Origin: an uncultured delta proteobacterium
GTDB lineage: Bacteria; Desulfobacterota; Binatia; UBA9968
NCBI GenBank assembly: GCA_963771465.1
Contig: CAVYTU010000017.1
Span: forward strand, 1,100,641 to 1,164,640
Direction: 5' to 3'
Length of the DNA: 64,000 nt
Shown here: one piece after another, positions 30,776 through 39,501 of the stretch
How positions within the stretch are numbered: the stretch's first letter is position 1
How the letters are laid out: the number at the start of each line of letters is the position of its first letter
Position numbers and translations under genes: made by a program
Notes under the pieces: generated by a model
The model's database searches: none
Told to the model about the DNA's origin: nothing
What the model saw: only the letters and a program-made list of their open reading frames with translations

Positions 30776-30861
30776 GTCTGCTTAAACTCGATGTGGGGAG
30801 TAAGCCGCGTTCGTCTGGCGGCTTACTCCCTTATCGGATTCCTGGTTGCTCGCCAGATTCA

Positions 30862-31773
30862 ATGGCCAAGCTCAAAGCCGATATCGATCTTCACAAGTTA
30901 GAAATTTTTTATTGGGTCGCAGAGCATAAGAGTTTTTCGCAGGCCGCAGAACTGCTGTCGCTGCGCCAGCCGACGATTAGCGCGCATGTACAGGAATTGG
31001 AAACGGCGGTCGGCGGCAAGCTGCTCTATCGCATACCCGGAAAAGTCAGCCTCACGCCGCTAGGTCTCATGCTCGTCGAGCGGGCTAAGCATCTGCTCGC
31101 GTTCAAGCGCGAGACGGTGGCCGCCGTCGAGCAGTTTCACGGTACTCTGAGCGGTGAGCTTTGGGTCGGCGGCAGCAGCATCCCAGGAGAATACCTGTTG
31201 CCGCAAAAGTTGGGTGAGTTCGCAAAGAAATATCCTCACGTCAAACCGATCCTGCGTATCGGCGATTCCGCCGGTATCGTCGCCGATCTGTTAGACGGTA
31301 AAGTCGAGATCGGTTTTGTCGGTTTCAAAAGTGACGACGTGCGGCTTACTTTCGCAAAGATTTGGGACGACGAGATGGTTATTGCCGTGCCGAAAGGTCA
31401 TCCTTGGACCAAGCGCAAAGCCGTGAATGTGGCCGATCTGCGAACCGAGAAATTCATTTCGCGCGAGCATGGTTCCGGGACTCTCGATTCGATTCACCAC
31501 CTGCTCGCCAAACGACGGCAGGCGGCCGATGACTTACTCAACATCTCCATGGAACTCGGCAGCACTGAGGCAGTCAAGGAAGCGTTAATGGCGGGATTCG
31601 GCTTTTCGATCCTGTCGCGCATCTCGATCCGCCATGAGTTGTCCGAAGGAACGATCGTCGAGGTGGCGCTCCGGGGACGGCAGATGAAACGAGATTTTTA
31701 CGAAGTTTTCCATAGCCGTCGGCCCTTACACCCCATCGCTCAGGTGTTTCTTGAGTTTCTAAAGCTTCAATAA
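30862..31773 (+). CDS. LysR-family regulator, CysL/selenium-metabolism-associated type
   Basis: HTH SFSQAAELLSLRQPTISAHV; GGSSIPGEYLLP, REHGSGT and ELGSTEAVK motifs typical of CysL-like LTTRs. Confidence 0.85.
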   Translation: MAKLKADIDLHKLEIFYWVAEHKSFSQAAELLSLRQPTISAHVQELETAVGGKLLYRIPGKVSLTPLGLMLVERAKHLLAFKRETVAAVEQFHGTLSGELWVGGSSIPGEYLLPQKLGEFAKKYPHVKPILRIGDSAGIVADLLDGKVEIGFVGFKSDDVRLTFAKIWDDEMVIAVPKGHPWTKRKAVNVADLRTEKFISREHGSGTLDSIHHLLAKRRQAADDLLNISMELGSTEAVKEALMAGFGFSILSRISIRHELSEGTIVEVALRGRQMKRDFYEVFHSRRPLHPIAQVFLEFLKLQ

Positions 31774-31812
31774 TCCTTCGATTTTTGCCAAAAAATACCT
31801 TTGAGCTCTTAC

Positions 31813-31849
31813 ATAGCTGATACCTATTTAGTATATAGGTAGAATAGAT
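31813..31849 (+). promoter_or_regulatory. Tandem LysR-type boxes upstream of the sulfoxide synthase gene
   Basis: ATAG-N7-CTAT (31813-31827), 7-bp gap, ATAG-N7-AGAT (31835-31849): T-N11-A architecture. Confidence 0.65.
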
Positions 31850-31867
31850 CAGCGGTTGGGAGCGATT

Positions 31868-33226
31868 ATGGCACTACCGTTAAGACGAAGCGGCGAGAGC
31901 GGAATCGATCTTCTGCGCGATAGGTTTCGCGCCGCATGGTCGCGCTCGGATGAGATCTTTGCCATTGTGCCGAGCGGTCAGTTGTTGGCGCAGCCGATTG
32001 TCTGGCGCCATCCGTTTATTTTCTACATCGGTCATCTGCCGGCCTTCTCGTGGAACCAAATCTGCGGCGAAGTTCTCCGCTGGCCGTCATTCAATTCTTA
32101 TTTCGACGATCTGTTTTGCCGCGGCATCGATCCCGACGTGGACACCGGCGAATGTCATTGGCACCCGGAGGTTCCGGATCGCTGGCCAAGTCTTGCGGAA
32201 ACTATCTATTATCGAGACCGAGTACGGGATGCTATCCTCGATTCGGTCGAAGCGCTCGGCTATTGCCGCTCCGATGATATCATGGGCCAAGGCGGCCGTG
32301 TTTTACAGATGGTGCTGGAGCACGAATATATGCATCAGGAGACTTTGCTCTACATGATGCAGCGACTGCCCATCGCGCAAAAAATCCGGCCGCGCGCTCC
32401 TGTCCGATACTTATTTCAACCCTGGCGCGCTTCCCAATCGGTGCGCATCCCAAAAGGTCAAGCGCGTTTGGGCGCCAGTTTCGATGAATTGGGCTTCGGC
32501 TGGGACAACGAATTCGACCAGATCGTCGTCGACGTGCCGGCGTTCACCATCGACTCTTTGCCCGTTACCAATGGACAGTTCAGCGAATTCGTCACATCGG
32601 GGGCTTATGATGATCCGCGCCATTGGCGGCCGGAGGATTGGCGCTGGAAGAATTTGGAAAATAAGCGCCACCCTAGCTGCTGGGTCGAGCAAGCGGACGG
32701 GTGGTTTTATCGCTCGATGTTCGATGTCTTGCCGCTCGGTCAAGTTGCCAGCTGGCCGGTCTATGTAAGCTTGGCCGAAGCTCGCGCTTACGCCGCCTGG
32801 CGCGGCAAACGATTACCAAGCGAAGCCGAGTATCAGCGCGCGGCATTTTATGGTCCAGACGAGCGGGAGACGCCGTATCCTTGGGGTGACGATGCGCCTG
32901 GGCGCCAGCATGGCAACTTCGAATTTACCTCGTGGTCGCCGACTCCGGTCGGATCGAGTCCAGCGGGGGCGAGCCGTTGGGGTGTTCATGAACTGGTCGG
33001 CAATGGTTGGGAATTGACCGATAGCCCCTTTGCGCCACTGCCGGGTTTCACGCCTTACATGGCCGGTTATCCGGACTACTCAAAAGATTTTTTCGACGGC
33101 AAGCATTTCGTCGTTAAAGGCGCGTCCTGGGCGACCGACGCCGGCCTCTTGCGGCCGAGCTTTCGCAATTGGTATCAAGCGCACTATCCCTATGTGTTTG
33201 CCAAGTTTCGATGCGTATGGAATTAG
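31868..33226 (+). CDS. Non-heme iron sulfoxide synthase (EgtB/Egt1-like; DinB_2 + FGE-sulfatase domains)
   Basis: RHPFIFYIGHLPAF, RGIDPDVD..CHWH, EHEYMHQETL (His triad), RLPSEAE, GNGWE, YPDYSKDFFDGKH, SFRNWYQ. Confidence 0.85.
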   Translation: MALPLRRSGESGIDLLRDRFRAAWSRSDEIFAIVPSGQLLAQPIVWRHPFIFYIGHLPAFSWNQICGEVLRWPSFNSYFDDLFCRGIDPDVDTGECHWHPEVPDRWPSLAETIYYRDRVRDAILDSVEALGYCRSDDIMGQGGRVLQMVLEHEYMHQETLLYMMQRLPIAQKIRPRAPVRYLFQPWRASQSVRIPKGQARLGASFDELGFGWDNEFDQIVVDVPAFTIDSLPVTNGQFSEFVTSGAYDDPRHWRPEDWRWKNLENKRHPSCWVEQADGWFYRSMFDVLPLGQVASWPVYVSLAEARAYAAWRGKRLPSEAEYQRAAFYGPDERETPYPWGDDAPGRQHGNFEFTSWSPTPVGSSPAGASRWGVHELVGNGWELTDSPFAPLPGFTPYMAGYPDYSKDFFDGKHFVVKGASWATDAGLLRPSFRNWYQAHYPYVFAKFRCVWN

Positions 33227-33253
33227 AACAATTTCGTAAGATGGAGGCGCGCC

Positions 33254-33535
33254 ATGAAAGCGACCTGGGAAAATCAGATTCTCGCCGAGTCGAACCAGAC
33301 GGTCGTCGTCGAGGGTAATCATTATTTTCCGCCGGAATCGATCCGCAAAGAATGCTTCAAAGCGAGTGAAACTCACAGCACCTGTCCTTGGAAAGGAGTT
33401 GCCAACTACTATCATGTTCAGGTCAGCGACAAGGTCAATCAAGACGCCGCGTGGTATTATCCAGAACCCAAAGAGGCGGCAAAGTCGATCAAGAATCATG
33501 TCGCCTTCTGGCGCGGTGTAAAGGTGAGCGAGTAA
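33254..33535 (+). CDS. DUF427 domain protein
   Basis: VEGNHYFP, TCPWKGVANYY, AAWYYPEPK. Confidence 0.88.
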   Translation: MKATWENQILAESNQTVVVEGNHYFPPESIRKECFKASETHSTCPWKGVANYYHVQVSDKVNQDAAWYYPEPKEAAKSIKNHVAFWRGVKVSE

Positions 33536-33548
33536 GAGCGCATCGCGA

Positions 33549-34355
33549 ATGTCGGTGCAAACCTTGCGAATCGCTTCCTGCATGGCCGAGAATACCGATG
33601 AGCTGTGCCGCTCAATCGTCAATATCATTGAAAGAGAGGTCGGCATCCCGACGGAATACGTCACCGAGGTGCCGTGGCAAGAACGCGAACGGTTATTCGA
33701 CCTGGGCGAGATTCAAATTCTTTGGCTGTGCGGCTTGCCCTATGTGAATAAAGCCGATCTCGCTGACAGTCGCATGGAATTGCTTGCCGTGCCGGTACCA
33801 GCCGGCGCACGCTATCAGGCGCGGCCGGTGTATTTTTCCGATGTCGTGGTCCGCCGGGAGAGTGTCTTCGAGTCGTTCGTCGATCTGCGCGGCGCGTCAT
33901 GGGCTTACAACGAGCCGCGCTCGCATTCCGGTTTCAACGTAGTACGCGCATACCTGGCCGAAATCGGTGAGTTAGAGGGCTTCTTCGGCAGCGTCATTGA
34001 ATCGGGTGCGCATACAAATTCGATTGAATTAATCTTATCCGGCGTCATCGATGGCGCGGCGATCGATAGCACTGTCTTGGAATGGTTGTCGTCCCAGCGC
34101 GCCGATTTGGACGACCAACTGCGCGTTATCGATACCATCGGCCCGAGCCCGATCCCGCCCTGGGTCATCTCCACGAGATTGCCTGGGAACTTGCGCTCTC
34201 AAGTCCGCCAGCTGTTGCTCAATCTACAATTGAACCCACTCGGGCGGGGCGCCCTCGGACGCGCACAGCTTGCGAGATTTAGCCTTGCCCATGACCGGGA
34301 CTACGACCCGATTCGTCGCATGGCGCGCAAGGCAGAGGCGGTTTTGCTGGCCTAA
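33549..34355 (+). CDS. PhnD-like substrate-binding-fold protein lacking a signal peptide
   Basis: WLCGLPY, YFSDVVV, DLRG..WAYNEPRSHSG, SGAH, AAIDS; no hydrophobic leader. Confidence 0.75.
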   Translation: MSVQTLRIASCMAENTDELCRSIVNIIEREVGIPTEYVTEVPWQERERLFDLGEIQILWLCGLPYVNKADLADSRMELLAVPVPAGARYQARPVYFSDVVVRRESVFESFVDLRGASWAYNEPRSHSGFNVVRAYLAEIGELEGFFGSVIESGAHTNSIELILSGVIDGAAIDSTVLEWLSSQRADLDDQLRVIDTIGPSPIPPWVISTRLPGNLRSQVRQLLLNLQLNPLGRGALGRAQLARFSLAHDRDYDPIRRMARKAEAVLLA

Positions 34356-34422
34356 TTTCATATGATAAGAACCTCATCATGGGCGCGATCGCGCCGCTAA
34401 CACGACAAGGAGAAGAGGGAAA

Positions 34423-34890
34423 ATGGCGAGCTTAGAGGGCAAAAAAGCGCCGGCATTTAATTTGGAAGGTAGCGACGGCAAAAAACATTCGTTGGACGAC
34501 TACAAAGGCAAAACCGTCGTCATGTTTTTCTATCCCAAGGACAGCACCCCTGGCTGAACCAAGGAAGCTTGCGGGTTTCGCGAGCGCAATAATCAGCTGA
34601 AAAAACTAAACGCGGTGGTGCTCGGCGTGAGCAAAGATAACATTCCGTCACACAACAAATTCGCTGAGAAGTACGATTTGCCGTACGTCCTGCTGTCGGA
34701 CCCGAATGCCGAAGTCATGAAGAAATATTCAGCCTTCGGCAAAAAAATGATGTACGGCAAGGAAGTGCAGGGGACGATTCGCTCGACGGTGGTGATCGGC
34801 CCGAAAGGCGACGTGATCAAGCAATGGAATCCCGTTAAAAAGGCCGAAACGCATCCCGAAGAGGTGCTCGCCTTTATCAAGAGCAGTTAA
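34423..34890 (+). CDS. bcp: Selenocysteine-containing peroxiredoxin (BCP/PrxQ), copy 2
   Basis: ATG 34423 MASLEGKKAPAF...FYPKDSTPG-TGA(34555-57)-TKEACGFRE. In frame with ORF 34615-34890; 155 aa. Confidence 0.9.
34567..34585 (+). promoter_or_regulatory. Bacterial SECIS-like hairpin
   Basis: GCTTGCG-GGTTT-CGCGAGC: 7-bp stem with one G-U pair, at the same offset from UGA as in copy 1. Confidence 0.75.
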
Positions 34891-34932
34891 GCCTGCCGGT
34901 TATTTGATTCCTGAATAATTGCACAAAGTGAA

Positions 34933-34960
34933 TTGACATAGGTTTTCTATCAGTTATAAA
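34933..34960 (+). promoter_or_regulatory. Sigma70-type promoter with a palindrome in the spacer
   Basis: TTGACA (34933-38)-N16-TATAAA (34955-60); ATAG-N5-CTAT at 34938-34950. Confidence 0.6.
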
Positions 34961-35002
34961 CACTCCTATCGAAATGGCCTATCCACTGGACAGGGGGGAG
35001 CT

Positions 35003-36100
35003 ATGAATAGACGGGATTTTCTTAAACAAGGTCTGACGGTTTCAGCTGGGGTCGCGCTCGGCGGCTTGCCCAAGTTTACCGGCGTGGGTCATGCTGATGA
35101 TCCGACAAAATGGCGCACCTTCGAAGTGATCACGACGATCGAGGTCAAAGATCCCGTGGGTGGTGTGCGCACATGGATTCCGGTGCCATTGACGAACAAT
35201 ACCGATTATTTCAAACGGGAACCGGATAGCTGGACGGGAAATTTCAAAGCTGCCCGTGCCGTGCAGTACGACAAATATGGAACGGGAATGGTTTTCGCTG
35301 AATGGGCGCCGGGCGAGAAAGCGCCGCTGCTCGAGGTGAAGAGCCGCTTCATGACCCGCGACCGGGCGATCGATGTGAACGCGAAACCCACCGGCGCCGC
35401 GAAAGAAAACCCGGCCGTGCTCAATTACTTCCGTCAACCTTCAAAGCTTATCCGCACGGACGGTATCGTCGCCACAACATCGAAAGGCATTGTTATGGGC
35501 TTGAAGAGTGACGCCGACAAGGGCAAGGCGATCTACGAATGGATCGTCGATAACACTTTTCGCGACGCCAAGGTTAAGGGCTGCGGTATTGGCGATATCT
35601 CCACCATGCTCGAAAGCGGCTATTTGGGCGGCAAATGCGCTGATTTGAATGCGCTCTATGTCGGCCTTGCTCGCGCCGCTGGCTTGCCCGCGCGCGATGT
35701 TTACGGCGTGCGTGTCGCGGCCTCCTCGGAATTTAAAAGTCTGGGCCGAGCCGACGATATCACCGGAGCGCAACATTGCCGCGCCGAAGTTTATCTCAAC
35801 GGCTACGGCTGGACGCCGGTGGATCCGGCTGACGTGCGCAAAGTGGTGCTCGAAGAAAATTTGCCGGGCGAACAATTGCCGCTGACCGACCCGAAAGTGA
35901 AACGGGCGCGGGAAAAACTATTCGGCGCCTGGGAAATGAACTGGTTGCCGTATAATTACGGCCACGACATCAAGCTGCCCAACTCCAAGCTGCAGGAAGT
36001 CGCTTTCTTCATGTACCCACAGTTGGAAACCGCCAATGGTCGGAGAGATAGCCTTGACCCGGCGAATTTCAAATACACGATCAAGTCGAAAGAAGTTTAA
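35003..36100 (+). CDS. Tat-exported transglutaminase-like (Cys protease fold) protein
   Basis: MNRRDFLK twin-arginine leader; GGKCADLN, QHCRAE and PVDP supply a Cys-His-Asp triad. Confidence 0.85.
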   Translation: MNRRDFLKQGLTVSAGVALGGLPKFTGVGHADDPTKWRTFEVITTIEVKDPVGGVRTWIPVPLTNNTDYFKREPDSWTGNFKAARAVQYDKYGTGMVFAEWAPGEKAPLLEVKSRFMTRDRAIDVNAKPTGAAKENPAVLNYFRQPSKLIRTDGIVATTSKGIVMGLKSDADKGKAIYEWIVDNTFRDAKVKGCGIGDISTMLESGYLGGKCADLNALYVGLARAAGLPARDVYGVRVAASSEFKSLGRADDITGAQHCRAEVYLNGYGWTPVDPADVRKVVLEENLPGEQLPLTDPKVKRAREKLFGAWEMNWLPYNYGHDIKLPNSKLQEVAFFMYPQLETANGRRDSLDPANFKYTIKSKEV

Positions 36101-36125
36101 GCTCGAACTCTGGACGAAAACTTAC

Positions 36126-36161
36126 ACGAGGCCCCCACAATCTGGGGGCCTCGTCATTTTT
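36126..36161 (+). terminator. Rho-independent terminator
   Basis: ACGAGGCCCCCA-caatc-TGGGGGCCTCGT followed by CATTTTT; between convergent genes. Confidence 0.75.
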
Positions 36162-36214
36162 GGCAGCGAATGCTGAAAGGGTGGCACTCCATGCTGTGCA
36201 CATCACAACCGTTG

Positions 36215-37072
36215 CTATCGGCTCAGTGCTTCTTCGATCGCACGCGCAACATAGACGTGGGTGAGATGGGCGCGATATTCAGACGAGCCGTTGATGTCTT
36301 CGATGACTTCCACGTTGCGCGTCGACTCGGCGGCGGCTTGTTCGATTAGTGCCGTATCCAGTTTCTTTCCCGTTAGCAATTGTTCAGTTCTCTCTGGCCG
36401 ATAGGCTTTGTCCGTCACGCCGGTTATGCCGATCGCCGCGCGGCTGCAAACTCCGCCATTATCAACAGCTAAACGCACTGCCACGCCGGTCACGGCAAAT
36501 CCCGAAGAGCGTGGCGCGGCTTTTTGATAAGCCGTCTTGTCGCTCCCGGTGACCGGCACTCTGATAGCGGTCACGATTTCATCCGGTTCTAACACGCTCA
36601 TCAATAGGCCGAGAAAAAATTCATCGCACTTGACCCAGCGTTCGCCGCTGGGACCGTAGACTTTGATCTCGGCATCGAGAGCCATCATCGTTGCCGGCCA
36701 ATCGCCGGCGGGATCGGCGTGAGCGACACTGCCACCGAGGGTGCCACGGTTGCGTACTTGCACGTCGGCGATGGTGGTCGCGGTTTGCGGTAGCAGAGGG
36801 CATTTGGCTTTGAGCAGATCGGAATATTCGATTTGTTCGTGGGTGACCAGGGCGCCGATGACGAGATCGTTGCCGTCCTGCTTGATCGTATCGAGGCCGG
36901 GAATACGGCCGATGTCGACAACATAGGCGGGCTTTGACAAGCGCATCTTCATCAATGGCAGCAAGCTTTGCCCGCCGGAAAGTATTTTTACGTCGTCTTT
37001 GTGTTCCGAGAGAAATCTAACCGCGTCGCTTAAAGAACGGGGCGCGTAATAGTCGAAAGCACCGGGAATCAT
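36215..37072 (-). CDS. Xanthine dehydrogenase family FAD-binding subunit (CoxM-like)
   Basis: SGGQSLLP, VRNRGTLGGS, ADPAGD. Confidence 0.9.
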   Translation of the reverse strand: MIPGAFDYYAPRSLSDAVRFLSEHKDDVKILSGGQSLLPLMKMRLSKPAYVVDIGRIPGLDTIKQDGNDLVIGALVTHEQIEYSDLLKAKCPLLPQTATTIADVQVRNRGTLGGSVAHADPAGDWPATMMALDAEIKVYGPSGERWVKCDEFFLGLLMSVLEPDEIVTAIRVPVTGSDKTAYQKAAPRSSGFAVTGVAVRLAVDNGGVCSRAAIGITGVTDKAYRPERTEQLLTGKKLDTALIEQAAAESTRNVEVIEDINGSSEYRAHLTHVYVARAIEEALSR

Positions 37073-37074
37073 GG

Positions 37075-39501
37075 CTAGAAAGTCCTCCGCTCTTTTTCGG
37101 GATTGTGATTGACCAGACGCCAGACCACTTCCGGCGTGATCGGCAGTTCACAAACCTTCACACCGAACGGTTGCAGCGCGTCTTCGACGGCGCTGGCAAT
37201 GGCGGCGGGTGAGGGGATCGCCGCGCCTTCACCGGCGGCTTTTTGGCCGAGGGAAGTGAAAGGTGAAGGCGACGGTTGATGGATAACCTCGATGCGCGGT
37301 GTCTCGGCGGTGGAGCATTTGCCGTAATCCAAGTAAGTGATCGTCAATGGTTGGCCGTCCGGGCTGTACATGAAGCCTTCACCGAGAGCGATGGCGATAC
37401 CATGTGCCGCTGAGCCGTAGACTTGGCCGTTGACGACGTCGGGATTGATCACCGTGCCGTTGTCGCCGACGATCAGATAGCGCAACACATGCACCGAGCC
37501 GGTGTTCTTGTCGACTTCGACAACCGCCGCGTGGGCGCCGGCGGAAAAAGTAAACTGCGCCCGCACCCTACGGTCAGCGCCGGGTACGATATTCGGCTTG
37601 GCATGCGGAAACGTGTAGTAGTGCGTCGCTTCCAGTCCGGCTTCCATGTCATCGGGAATCAGATGCTGATTGTTGTAAGCGATGCGGCCCAATTCGGCGA
37701 AAGTGATTTGTTTCGCCGCCGCGCCGGGCACTTTCACGACACTGTCTTCGATAACCAACTCGGACGGATCGACTTTGAGGTTATACGCCGCAAGCTTGAG
37801 AATTTTCTCGCGCAACTTGGTCGCCGCGCCGTGAATCGCGCCGATATCGTAGAGATGAAAATTATTGCCGCTGTTGGCGGCCGCCACACCCCAGGACGAC
37901 AGATCGCTATCGAAGGGAATGCTGGTGCTGATTTTATCCGGCGTCGCGCCGAGTATGTCGGCGGCGACCTGTGCGGTCGTGGTCTCATGCGCCTGGCCGC
38001 AATTGGGCGAGCCTAAATGAAGCGTCAGAGTGCCGTTCTTTTCCAATTTGATTTTTGCCCCGTTGACGCCGCCGGAGCCGGGCGGCTCCTTCATCTCGGG
38101 AAAGATCGCCATGTCGCGCGCCGCATTGCGCCCGCCGGGCTCGACGCCAATGACGATGCCGATACCCATGAGCTTGCCCTGTGCGCGGCCGTTTTTCTGC
38201 TCTTCTCGGAGCTTGTCGTAGTCGATTTTTTCCAAGAGGGTTTTTAACAGACCGGGATAATCGCCGCTGTCGTAAATGTTGCCGCTGATGGTGCTGTAAG
38301 GCATTTCATTGGCCTGGATCAAATTTTTGCGCCGCACTTCGATGGGGCTTAAGTTAAGCGCCTGAGCGACCCGGTCCATCATCCGTTCCCAGATAAAACA
38401 CATGCCGGGTTTGCCGATGCCGCGGTTGGGTATGACCGGACACTTGTTGGTCACCACCGCGTTGCCTTCCATGTAAATGGCTGGCGTCTTGTACGTGTTC
38501 GACAAATTGTTGAGCTTGTTGGTGAAGTGAATCGTCAGCGTGCTGATCGAGCCGCCGACGTCGTCGTATTCTTTGAACTTGAGACCGAGCACCGTGCCGT
38601 CGTTTTTCACCGCGGCTTCGGCTTCAACTTCCTGGGCGCAAGCATGGCCGCCGGCCATCATATGTTCAGTGCGGTCTTCGATCCATTTTACCGGCCGGCC
38701 GGTTTTCATCGCTAGCAGCGATACCAGCACGACGTACTTACGGATCAAATGAATCTTCTGGCCGAAACCGCCGCCGACATCGGGAATGATCACGCGGACA
38801 TCTTGCAGACCGAGCGCTTCGCGCAGCCCGTCGTAAATGACCTCCGGCACTTGTGCCGTAACCCAGACGGTCAGACGCTTGCTGGCGGCGTCATAGGACG
38901 CGATCACCACGAACGGTTCGAGCGGCGTCGAGCTGTATCGGTGAATTTTCAAAGTCTCTTTGACGACCCGGTCGGCGGACTTAAACGCCGCGTCGATGTC
39001 GCCGTATTGCAAAGAGCCGGTCCACGCGAGGTTCGTGCCGAGCTCGTCGAACAATGCCGCCGATGACGGCTTGATCGCTTCATGCACGTCGACGTTAGCC
39101 CGCAGCGGTTCGTAGTCGACTTGGATCAATTCGAGCGCGTCTTCCGCCGTGCCGCGGTCTTTGGCCGCCACCGCGCCAATCGGTTCGCCGACATAGCGGA
39201 CTTTTTCCACCGCGCCGGCGTATTCGTCAATCGGTCTTTTCAAACCGGCCGCATAACGGCCGGGCTTGAACGGCTGGGTCAGCTTTTTCACGTCGTCCGG
39301 CGTGATCGTCGCGAAGACGTTGGGATTCTTCAACGCTTCGGCGGGATCGACGGAAATAATTTTCGCGTGCGCGTGGGGGCTGCGCAAAATCATCGCCTGG
39401 AGCATGCCGGGCATGGTGAAATCGTCGGTGAACAGACCTTTACCGGTGACGTGACGCGGGCCTTCTTTGCTGCGCGAACGATTGCCGACGAACTTAGCCA
39501 T
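37075..39501 (-). CDS. Xanthine dehydrogenase family molybdopterin subunit
   Basis: RSPHAHA, GGGFGQK, YDSGDY, GQAHETT, KAAGE. Confidence 0.9.
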   Translation of the reverse strand: MAKFVGNRSRSKEGPRHVTGKGLFTDDFTMPGMLQAMILRSPHAHAKIISVDPAEALKNPNVFATITPDDVKKLTQPFKPGRYAAGLKRPIDEYAGAVEKVRYVGEPIGAVAAKDRGTAEDALELIQVDYEPLRANVDVHEAIKPSSAALFDELGTNLAWTGSLQYGDIDAAFKSADRVVKETLKIHRYSSTPLEPFVVIASYDAASKRLTVWVTAQVPEVIYDGLREALGLQDVRVIIPDVGGGFGQKIHLIRKYVVLVSLLAMKTGRPVKWIEDRTEHMMAGGHACAQEVEAEAAVKNDGTVLGLKFKEYDDVGGSISTLTIHFTNKLNNLSNTYKTPAIYMEGNAVVTNKCPVIPNRGIGKPGMCFIWERMMDRVAQALNLSPIEVRRKNLIQANEMPYSTISGNIYDSGDYPGLLKTLLEKIDYDKLREEQKNGRAQGKLMGIGIVIGVEPGGRNAARDMAIFPEMKEPPGSGGVNGAKIKLEKNGTLTLHLGSPNCGQAHETTTAQVAADILGATPDKISTSIPFDSDLSSWGVAAANSGNNFHLYDIGAIHGAATKLREKILKLAAYNLKVDPSELVIEDSVVKVPGAAAKQITFAELGRIAYNNQHLIPDDMEAGLEATHYYTFPHAKPNIVPGADRRVRAQFTFSAGAHAAVVEVDKNTGSVHVLRYLIVGDNGTVINPDVVNGQVYGSAAHGIAIALGEGFMYSPDGQPLTITYLDYGKCSTAETPRIEVIHQPSPSPFTSLGQKAAGEGAAIPSPAAIASAVEDALQPFGVKVCELPITPEVVWRLVNHNPEKERRTF

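Noticed and set aside
31868-33226. Calling this gene senA or ovoA
   Set aside because: Its motifs fit the Egt1-type better; there is no senB/senC and no OvoA methyltransferase domain.
30440-34557. In-frame TGAs as pseudogenisation or an alternative genetic code (UGA=Trp/Gly)
   Set aside because: Both fall on the catalytic Cys codon and have downstream hairpins; other genes end properly at TGA and use TGG for Trp.
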